This document shows positions 53,683-64,000 of a stretch of DNA of 64,000 nt, one piece after another. The translations under genes and the position numbers were made by a program. The stretch's first letter is position 1. Every line of letters begins with the position of its first letter. Source of the stretch: Eledone cirrhosa. Lineage: Eukaryota. Below the pieces are notes generated by a model. The model worked only from the letters and a program-made list of their open reading frames with translations. It searched no databases and was not told the origin of the DNA. Location of the stretch: the NCBI GenBank assembly GCA_964016885.1, contig OZ024740.1, forward strand, positions 281,232,001-281,296,000. Reading direction: 5' to 3'.

Positions 53683-56660
53683 AATGTATGTATGTATGTA
53701 TGTATGTATGTATGTATGTATGTTTATGTTCTTCTGGTTTTATAATTTCACAAATGTTTTCCCAATAGAGAGAGAGTCGGTTTCTAACATAGACACAAGA
53801 CTCTCTCATTGGAATTTACACAACATCAACTAGGTAGATATGTATGCATGCATGTGTAGATATGGGTGTTATTGTATGTATGGATGTGGATGTTTTGAGT
53901 TGTATGTGTGCATGTGTATATGCTTTGTATCTGTACATGTGTATATGCAGTTATTAGATGCAAACGTATTGGAATGTTTTACATATTTTTTCTGTTCCAT
54001 TAATGGATTGTACTTGTAGTTTCCTAACTAGTTGTGTTCTTTCTGTTCCTGTGAAGCCCAGCTTCTCAAGATTTGTATTGAGGCAGTTACTAACATGTCC
54101 CAGTGCCCCAATAATCACAGGCATAAATCTGAAGGTGTAATCAGGGTGAAGTATCTGCAGATTTCTCATCATTTCGGCATAATCTTTGATATTATATTGG
54201 CATCTGCTGGGCAGCTAATTCCCACTACTGTGCATGCTTTCTTCTCCCTGTCCCGTATCATAATATCTGGTCTGTTATGCCTGTATTTTATTGGGGATTT
54301 TAACGGAACATTCTACCAGTACTCTTTCATATTATGTACGGGGATGTCTTCCACATTGCTGTAGCTTTTAATGTGTTTATTATCGGGGCCATCTTTTTTA
54401 CGGACTGCATTGTACAGTGTTTTGGCCACTACATCATGCCTCATAGGTAGATAGTACCGCGATGACATCTTTGGACAGCTTCTGATGTCATGGGTGAAAT
54501 CCTAGATGTTAGTTCTGCAGAGTCTGCACTTGTTATCACATCTAGGTGTTTTGCCTGCATCCCTATCTCTTTTGTGAATCAGCTATTTCGTGTTAATCTC
54601 CTGTTCTGGGATTGCAAAAGCATATCCTTCAAAGTGGGAGCCAATATAGCGGTTGTTGGTCCAAGAGAGACTACTTTCCTTATCTATATTACTCTCACTC
54701 TGGAGCTTCCTGGCAACATATCCATGCATAATTTTTTTGCTGATAAACATGCAGTTTTTCATCCATGGATTCACTGCCATACTGCTGAGCGACTTCCATG
54801 GATGTGAGCTTTTGATTATCACACAGTGAATATCTCTCGAGGAGTTCCGTCCCAACTCTCATGATCTTATCTGTTTCATGCAGATAGATTTGCGCGAGAG
54901 ACGGGCTCCTACGCTTCGAGGTTCGTAGATGTTGTCGGTAGAATATGATGCTACATTCAAATGCTGTCTGGGCTGATGGTAGGCCTCTGCCTCCTTGCTT
55001 ACGTTTAAGTAAAGGCGGTCTATGTCACTGTTGATGTGGAAGTTTCCGGTGTTGTTTAGTATTTTTCGAGTTCCAACATCAACTGCTCGGATTTCGTCTA
55101 TCGTCCAATTGAGTATTCCAAACGTTGGTGTTAGGACAGGCACAGCAAACACATTGTGAGCCACTGTTTTGTTTTACGCAGAGAGTTCCGATGACCAGAT
55201 CTTTCTTAATCGGGTGTAGTATTCCCACGTTACGCGTTCCTTATTACAGATATCATTATTGGATATGTTCTCATCTATCCCCAGGTATCTGTAGCAGTCC
55301 TCATCAGATATCGGTGAAACAGTTAGGCCACTGATGACAATGTTGCTTTACAGTCATGTATGAGCATTTATCTTGGCCAAACTCCATTTCTCTATCCTTT
55401 GAGAACGTTGTAACCAGGTCATCCACAAAGAAATTATGGGTTAGGTTCGTATTTCTGTTCTCCTGTGAGCCAATGATGTATCCCTCACATTTCTTGGGCA
55501 GAAAGGACAAGGGGTTTAATGACAAGATGAATAATATCACAGAGAGACTGTCTCCCTGAAATATACCCCTGCGATATTTTATTTTATCAGTGAAAATAGA
55601 GTCCTCCCTCTCTGTCTTTAACCTTAGGATAGTAGCCCAAGAAGAAAACAGCTTTTCTATGGCTCTGACAATAATGTTTGGTACTTTAGCAAGCTGGAGG
55701 GCCTCTATCATCCAAGAGTGGGAACAAAAACTGTAGCCATATTCCTCGTAAGTTGTCGCACCTCCGACATCGGAGTTTTGTTGATGAGGAGTTGTTCAGC
55801 ACATCCCCAAACCCCTTTCTTTACATCTGTGATGATGTTATTATTTTCACAGTGAACTTGGAGGAATAGGTTCAGGCAGGCTGTATACATCTTTTACATC
55901 AGGTTCTGGCATGCAATGGGTCGGTAGTTCTTTGCCAAGTGGGTGTCTTTGTTCTTGGGGACTAGTATTGTTTGTGCTAATGTCAACCATTCTGGTATAA
56001 GTGTAACTCCCTTAAGAACTTGTTGGTAGAGCTCAGTAAGATACCTCCGATAGAATATCAGTTTTTTGTACCAGTAGCCGACAATCATGTTTTTTCCTTG
56101 TGTTTTCTTATCTTGGAGTTTTCCTATCACAGTCTCAAGGGTACCCTCACTTATTTCGTATGTTTTTGTTGTAGGAGCAATAGTTATTTCGGATTTCTCT
56201 TAGCCACACTGCATCTTGGTTGAAATTCTTCTTTTCACCCCACATTTTGCTCAAAAAGGAATCTATGTATTTCTGGGATGGGGCCTCAGTGACACTTATT
56301 ATTTTGTTCTTCATATCTCTAAAGACTGATGTTTGGTTTCGTCTGAATCTTTTATTAAGCACTTTTCTCTCATCTACCTTCTTCGTGTATCGGCTTTTTT
56401 CTGTAACAGCTCTCAATTCTTGTTTGTGGGTGATTAGCTTATATTGAGGGGTTCTGGTTCTACTGTTACCAAACAGTCTCGATTTTTTTATAATTTATTT
56501 TTCACTCTTTGTTGGTGAGCAGTGAGATTTTTTTGTGTTTGTTTGCATGTAAGCAGCATTGTCACATACCCTATGGTTTTTCGTAGGTCAGCAATCTATT
56601 TTTCTATTTTAGTTATATATGATGGTATTTTTGGTCGTGTTTTGTTCTTGTTAATACTCT
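53683..56660 (-). mobile_element. Decayed R4-clade-like RT-RLE LINE (second family) with (CATA)n tail
   Basis: KNYRPIACQN, GVWGCAEQLLINK, RGIFQGDSLS, FFVDDL, NSDIDRLY, SHFEGYAFAI, CRLC, RHD, HNRPDI, PVIIGALG; many stops and frameshifts. Confidence 0.85.
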
Positions 56661-56663
56661 GCT

Positions 56664-57061
56664 CAAATATCAATGTTTGTTTAAATATGGAGTATATATC
56701 AAATTATTAACAAACAATCTAAAATTTCTTAAAGATTTTATCAAATGTTGATTAATTTTACGAGTTCTTTATAAACAGATATTTAATAAATATATTTTGC
56801 AGTTAACGTGTAGTTTCTTTTGTTGCCGTTAAGGAAATGATTTTGCCTATATATATATATGATTTTGCCTATATATATATATATATAGGCAAAATCATTT
56901 CCTTAACGGCAACAAAAGAAACTACACGTTAACTGCAAAATATATTTATTAAATTTCTGTTAATAAAGAACTCGTAAAATTTGATAAAATCTTTAAGAAA
57001 TTTTAGATTGTTTGTTAATAATTTGATATATACTCCATATTTAAACAAACATTGATATTTG
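56664..57061. repeat. Palindrome with about 180-bp arms and a (TA)n centre
   Basis: Arms differ by an 11-nt indel and a few substitutions; gattttgcc-(ta)n is duplicated at the centre. Confidence 0.93.
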
Positions 57062-57458
57062 GTACTACTTTTGTTTTAATTAACACTATATAGTATCCCA
57101 CCTTCATGAATAATTGATGACACAGATAATGCAAGTTATTTATACTTTATATACATATTAGAAATTACCCTGTAAGGCTACATAATGCTGAAGCAACATT
57201 ATCCAAATGTTATTTCGATTAAATAGAGAAACAATGTAATTTAGCAAGTATGAATATATAAATAATCCTGCATAACATGAGATATAGATTAAGAATATAT
57301 TAAATTACAAGTATATATCTTCCATTCAGTTTGAACATTTTCAATCCCAGCATGAGTTATATCTATAAGAATCGATTCAGTTCACTTTTTCTTGTTAAAT
57401 AAACAAAGGTAACATAATAAAGCATAATTATGTTAACGTTCAAGTTACAGTGCATATT

Positions 57459-60211
57459 TAGGGCTTCCATCTTTTTACATACCATTTATTGGAATATGCT
57501 GTGTCTTCTGAAAACATGTGTATTTCACATGTATTTATCGCCACGTGTATATGATTCATTTAATATCAACATAGCTTGACAAATTTTGATTTCATGAATA
57601 ATTTACCGGGAAAAGGTGAGTACATTGTGCTTCTTGGTGTTTTTAGCCTCGAATATGTCTTCATTGAGCAGACATTTCAGTCATAGCTACTGTGTTTGTT
57701 TCAGATATAGTGTACCCTAGACCATATTATTTAATGTTTCCTTTTTTTATATAAAAGTGTAGGTTTGGGTTTTCGGAATATTTATTTATTTTATATATTT
57801 TTTCTTTTGTTATTTATTGCAGGTCGAGAAATCTCATTGAACTCTATCCTCAAATTATAGCAGTTCTTCATATTTCCTCTTTTTGTTGGTAATTTAAAAA
57901 TCCTATTCATTCGCTATCTCCTCTCTAAATGATCTTAGAAAACATTTTAGTACGTTGAATTGTCTGAAATGTCAGCAATATAATTGTCTATATACTTTTT
58001 TAATTTTTTAGCAATATAATTGTATTTCAGCTTCCCTGCATATTCATTGATATTGAACGAGGTAGCTACTTCATCAATATAAAATGTGAAGTGGATTTAA
58101 CATTAGCAGCGTTCCTCTCACTGTGTAATTTTATTTTTTTCTCAAAATCATCATTTCGATATTTGCGTGGATAGTCGTGTTCCTTTTTCATATTCGTATT
58201 TAAGATGGGGAAATAACAAAGTATGCTGAATTATAGGTCAATCGAATAATATTCAGAGTTTGCATACTTTCACATCTTTTTATTTATGACTATATTTTGG
58301 ATCTGGCCGGTAGTATATTGTCTTTTATGTTCACTTTAAGTAGGAAACCACACGACAAACGAAATAAAATGAAAAGAAGCAGGAGAAATACGTTTAAAGC
58401 ACAATAATATTGTGGTTAAAGATATAAGCAATTTTGTGAATAGAATTTATAATCGGAAACCCCGCCCTTGCTACCGTGGGGCACTTGTTTCCTTTGCTCC
58501 GCAACAGTTTTTAGGAGAAACTGTTTCTGATTTTCATCCTTCGAACAATAATTCGCTCAATAGATATTTATCTCATAAAGAGGTTTAATGAATCCCTTCG
58601 ACCTTCTTTTTCCCATTCTATTTTTCTTCTTTTCTTAAATTTTGGAACATTGTGTTCTTTTCATCCAGTTCAAGTCTTTCGGTAAAGTAAGCCAGCGTAT
58701 TAATTCTTTTGACATTTACCACTGATGAAGCCGAAGAGACGTCTCTGCCACAGTTCTGATTTTTGGTTAGGATACCTCATAAAATTGAGATTATTCTTTG
58801 GAGCCCATTTGGGAACCACTGCTTCATTCTAGAATTTTATATACATCAAGTCACAAAGTAAGCGACTTTTTGTAGATTTCTCGACTCACGTGGTATATGC
58901 TTAGTTGTTCTTTGCACAGAACTATCCTGATCACAACATATGACCTTAGCCATCCAACAAGCCTGGTGGTAAGCTCCTGTGACCGAGAAGGAGAAGTGGG
59001 GAGATGGCCAACCAGGAGGATAAAGACGGGAGAGCTTTATGAACTCACCATATTCAGTATATACTCAACCATCTCCCGTCTCTTTTGCTTGTAAACATCT
59101 TCGTCATCATCGTCCAGGGTAGTTTGATAATGAAATGTATCTATAGTGTGCCAACGTTCCTAGAACCTTTTGAACATTGGGAGACCAGGACCAGATGATG
59201 GGTAAAATATCTCATATACCTTTTTCAAAACCAGTTCAAAGAATGTGTTGGGAGCAAGCGAGCCATAAGATGGATTGTTTCAGAGGTACTTCAATTTTCT
59301 TATTGGCTCCTTGTTATGGGTACTAATTCAGTGACTTGTTGTTCGGTTCCATCTCTTGCAATGCGAACACGGGAGAGCGCCTCCTTTCCTTTTCCTATAA
59401 CTAAAACTGCAATCCGATTTGCTGGATCGGGAAGCCAAAGGTAATAATTTCCCATCCTAGTGGATGACTTGCCAAGATCTGTCTTCAGGTGGAAAAGCGG
59501 ATTCCTAAGCTATCTTTTCACGGTGACTGGTTCTTGCTCGATAAAGAGTTGAGGGGAAAATCGAGAATTCAGACACCTGATGACCAAGATTCTGGGAACA
59601 AGTCTGACGTCGAGAGTCGGCTTTAATCGTGGTGATTTGGGGTGCGGTAATGACTTGAAAATTTAATCATCATCATCACTAATAGCTGAGTTGGGGGGCA
59701 AACATTTAAGAGTTACTTTCTCAGTCATCTTCTTGACTTCTTCATCCTGCTTTCCCTTTCTTACTTTCATATCATGAATCTACTTTCCTTTTTCTGAATG
59801 GCTCTTGCGTGTTTAACACCAGTCATGAATCCGACCTTCCCGCTGTGTCTCAAGGAAAGCTTTGTCTTCAGATGGGACATCTTCTCATTCGAGAACGTAA
59901 TGTCAAGAATTTCCTCAAGATCACATTTCCAAATCTTAAGCTTTGCAATTGCTTTGTCAGTCATCCTTGATTTTTCTTTTTACAGTCCTTGATACTCCTT
60001 ATACAATTCCTCAATTGAAGTGTGGATGTCTCTTTTTTCCGTTTTGGTAGGGATACTTGCTGTTCCCACACTTTTTGTCTCTTCTGGCTAGTGTTTCCTA
60101 CGGCAACTGAAATTGCGATGGTGTGGAGAAACATAGCTACAATCAACAAGTGTTGAAGTAAACTTCATTTTTTGGCATAGCATTAAAAATCACGAAACTG
60201 TGTAATCCCTA
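57459..60211 (-). mobile_element. Decayed hAT (hATm-like) DNA transposon
   Basis: Minus-strand motifs VIH*DGKLLP (about 59440-59470), RIAVLV, WLACSQH (about 59250) and GAYHQACWMAK (about 58946-58978); candidate TAGGG termini at 57459 and 60211 are uncertain and no TSD was found. Confidence 0.7.
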
Positions 60212-60285
60212 AATATATCTGTATCTTCTCGTATTTTCCTCTGTGTAGATTTTATATAAAATGGATTCAATTGACAGAAGATGAT

Positions 60286-61717
60286 TTCTTCTTCTTCTTC
60301 TTCTTCTTCTTCTTCTTCTTCTTCTTCTTCTTCTTCTTCTTCTTCTTCTTCTTCTTCTTCTTCTTCTTCTTCTTCTTCTTCATGCTGAGAGGGTCGTGGA
60401 AGCAGAGTCCTCAAACAATCCTTCCAGCGGATACTGTCAGAAGCAACCATCTCCGACTGATCCGGCTAGATCCCCAAGCGAGACCAACCAAGCTCGTGGA
60501 TATTATCCAACCATCTTGCTCGGGGTCCACTTCTGCGTCTCCTGCCGGTTGGTTTTGTCCAAAAAATCTGTCCAGCGATTTTTTTGTGAGACATTCATAC
60601 CACATGCTCATAGGAGCTTTGATCTCTCAGTTCGAAGGAATAGCGGCTCTGCCTGGAGCGACTATCTGATTGCTGCCCTACACACTCGAGAGAGTAACGT
60701 TACTCCGAAAACCCTTCAGAGGAACACCATTTCAACCGCTTGTATACGCGATCGTATTCTTTCGGTCATTACCCAATATTCATGAGCATAGGTAAGGGTT
60801 GGCACGAACACCGAATTGAAGATAGCGACTTTGGCTTTTACATTTTCATTCCAGACATGCAACACGCGGTATCAAACCTAGCAAGTGCAAGTAGAGATAA
60901 TCTTCTGTCGAATTTAGTGACACTATATCGTCTGCAAATTCCAGCCGGTTGATTTTACACTGGCCAGTTGTGATACTACTTCTAACCCGGCTGCGCATGT
61001 CAATCCTGTTCGTGAAAATAATGAACAGGAGAATTGACAATAGGCACCCTTAAGGGAGTCTGACTACCATATTGAAAGGTTTCAATTTAGCACCATTTAT
61101 CCGAATACAAATAATCGTGCATTCGTATTGAGACATCAGGGCAGCAAGAAGCAGGCCAGTGATCCCATACTCCTGCTGCACAACCTTCCATAGCAAGTCC
61201 AGAGGAACGCGATCATATGCCTTTTTCAGGTCGAAAAAACAAGAATATACATCTTGGCAATACTCCCATGCAATGTGAATTTGTGGTCGGCTGTGCAGCG
61301 TTCAGAACAAAAACCGCACTATTAATGAGCTAGCCTGGACCGGAGAATCTTCCTGCATCTCTTTGCCAGACACTTAGCGTGGACTTTACAGAGACCCAGG
61401 CCACCCAGCACATACAACTTAGACAGAGAATACCTTCTCTATTTAAGGCTTTTAACATCTTTTGGCGGATTTCATTTACCTCGGCGGCCTTGCCACATTA
61501 GAGCTCTTTAACTGCTCTTGTGACCTCAGCCTCCGAAAAATGTGTCACCACTCCCAGATACACCACATGTACATCAGAAGATGCTGTTGTGAATGGGTTC
61601 AAGAAATCAGCAAAGTATTCTCCCCACCTCGCGAGTATGCACCCCTCTGAAGAGAGGAGAACTCAGCAGATGGTCTGCAAGAATACTTTAGTTGCTGATC
61701 TGAAATCGGATTCCAGC
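60286..61717 (-). mobile_element. Decayed RTE-type LINE 3' part with (GAA)n tail
   Basis: CFFDLKKAYDRVP, GCLLSILLF, LEFADDI; (TTC)n at 60286-60381. Confidence 0.75.
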
Positions 61718-61791
61718 TTCTTCTTCTTTTCGTATCTTCGAAGCATGTGGTTATATGACAGTTTCTCATTTCTTTACATAGTCCTTTGCAT

Positions 61792-64000
61792 TATTATTAA
61801 ATTCTGCGAGATCTTTTAAGCTGCACTGGTTGGCTAGTAGAGGGCAAACAAGGCAGTGCTGCATCGTATGGTCCTCCTCTCCGCATTCGCACATGGTTGG
61901 GCCGGTCTTGTAGCCCCATCTGGCCATAGCAGCTTTTGATCACCCCATTCCTGTTCTCTGGCGGTTGAGTGTCTTCCACTGGACCCATTGTGCTTCTGAG
62001 CCAGGAGGGTGGGCTTCAGAAGGGGGGATTCCCATGTCAATAGGAGGGGAGTCATTCTCTAGCTTTCTAGTCCATAGCTGTAGTCTGGTTTCTTCCTGAG
62101 ATGTTGTTAGGGGCTGGATATGCCTAAGGAAGCTTCTCCTTAACTTCAGTCGTTCGGCCGGAGATTCACTTCTACTCAGCTTGCAGCTTCCCGTCTCACA
62201 TCTGCAGGGGCGATGCCACCGAGTAGATGCGGGTTGTTCGGGTTGGTAGGCTTCAGGCAACCAATGATCAAACGGCAGGTGTTGTTCAACGCTGGGTCTA
62301 GTTTACTGGCATGGGTTGATCTCTCCCAAACAGACACGGGTACTCCGCAGAGGAATAGCACAGGACCAAGGCAGTACACCTTAGTGTGTGTGCTGTGGCT
62401 CCCCATTTGGAGTTGGTCAGTTTCCGTAGGATGTTGTTTCGGAAGCTGACTTTCAATTTGGTGTTTTTGATGTATTCCTTGAATGAGAGGTCCAGAGTTA
62501 CGGCAAGGTAGACAGGATTGGTGCAGTTCTCAAGTGGTGTTCCTGACCATGTGATGTTAAGAGGTCGGTTGGCTTCCTGGTTCCTGGATGGAACGAGCAG
62601 GCTTGTGTCTTCGCAGGGTTTGCGTGCAGGTGATTGCTCTCGTAGTAGAGGAGTAGCTCATCCAGAGCTGAGTTGAGGTCTGCTTCTACTGCTTCGAACG
62701 TACTGTCTTAGGATGTAACACAGAGGTCATCAGCGTAGATGAACCGCTCAGTGTTCTGGTCCATTGGCTGGTCATTTGTGTAGATGTTATATAGTAGTGG
62801 AGCCATCACACTACCTCGAGGTAAGCCGTTCCTTTGTCGTCGCCAACGACTTTGCATGTTGTTCAGGGTAACATAAAAGCGCCTGTCTTTCAAGACGGCT
62901 CCAATGAGGTCTGTGAGTGCTAGGTCTTTTGTCAGCTCCAAGATATTTTTCAGGAGGAGGCGATGGTTCACAGTGTCGTATGTGGCCGACAGATCAACAA
63001 AGACGGCTCCTGTTACCAGTCCTTTCTGAAACCTATCTTCAATGTGCTGAGTAAGAATCAGGAGTTGGCTTGTTGGGGATTTGCCAGATCGGAATCCAGC
63101 TTGTTGGGGGATGATGGCTGGTTCAACAACTGGGGCCAACCTGCTGAGGATCAGGCGCTCAAACAGCTTAAACGGGTGGCATAGCAGAGAGATTGGGCGG
63201 AAAATCTTTGCATGCGCTGGATCTTTACCCGGTTTCAGGAGAGCAATAATTTCTTCAGATCTTTGGGATGTTTCTTGTCAGCATGCAGTTGTTCATCAGC
63301 TCAAGGATCCATTTCCGCGTCAGAGGTCCAAAGTACTTGATCTACTCTGTGAAAATATTATCTAGGCCGGTGGCTTTACCAGTCTCAAGGGCATTGATGC
63401 TGATATTGAGCTCTTCAAGCGAGAACGGCTTAGTCAATCCGGTGGTTTGTGAGTACCGAAGTCGGTCTACCTTTGATCTTGTCTGTTTGGTGGTGGATTT
63501 CCCATTGAGCAACAGTTGCTATGCAGCTTGGTTGGTGGTGATGGTGTACTGCTATTGTGTTGGAGCTGACGGGTCTTTGCTGATTTCCGGATTAGACTCC
63601 ATGCCTTTTTACTGTTTTTCGTCATATCAGTTGTCTCCAACAGGTTTTGCCATTTCTGTTGGCGGCATTCTGATAGGGAGGTCATGAGTCCCTCACCTAC
63701 TTCGATGGTACTTTCAGCAAAGGGGTGAGATTCATAGAGCTGTTGGTATTGCTCATATAGTTCGCTGCTTTGAGCATCGAGTCCAGGAATATGTTGAGAG
63801 CGGCAGCCTCTTGGGATGTTCTTCCAAGCTGCTTGGTGCACAAACTTGGTAAAGTTATCGTAGTTTTGGGGGTCCACTGGGAGGTGGGCAATCTGCCTTT
63901 CAAGATCTTCTTGGAAGCCAGGCCAGTTCGCTTTCCCAAAGTTGAATCTTCTTCGGAATGGAACTGTGGCTGGGGTGATTACAGCATTGACTGTAATGCC
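61792..64000 (-). mobile_element. Decayed Vingi/Ingi-like LINE, continues beyond the window
   Basis: IPRGCR, QQAGFRSGKS, LTQHIED, AVFVDLSATYDTV, NGLPRGSVMAP, YADDLC, GCLKPT, GIAP, WKTLNRQRTG; TAA repeats at the 3' end. Confidence 0.8.

Overview
AT-rich eukaryotic DNA made almost entirely of transposons and microsatellites. I found no host gene, and most ORF-track entries are (TA/CA/GAA/TTA)n translations. The dominant tRNA-derived SINE resembles the octopus OK/OR SINEs as I recall them, so an octopod cephalopod source is inferred. Recognisable elements: two Penelope-like elements (RT and/or GIY-YIG), a Dong/R4-clade RLE LINE lying head-to-head with a full-length but lesioned L1/Tx1-clade LINE in one (TAA)n tract, a second R4-like family, RTE and Vingi/Ingi-like LINE relics, a Chapaev3-type and a hATm-type DNA transposon, MITEs, Helentron-associated-like repeats and about 14 SINE copies. 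Most interesting signals: (1) four core-intact type-I hammerhead ribozyme motifs sharing an unusual architecture, plus four decayed ones, in short repeats beside (TA)n tracts; (2) repeated fold-back palindromes centred on (TA)n regardless of the sequence copied; (3) several unrelated elements converging on (TAA)n; (4) a candidate conserved regulatory island near 8.7-9.0 kb. All family assignments come from manual motif reading, with no database search; many boundaries are approximate.
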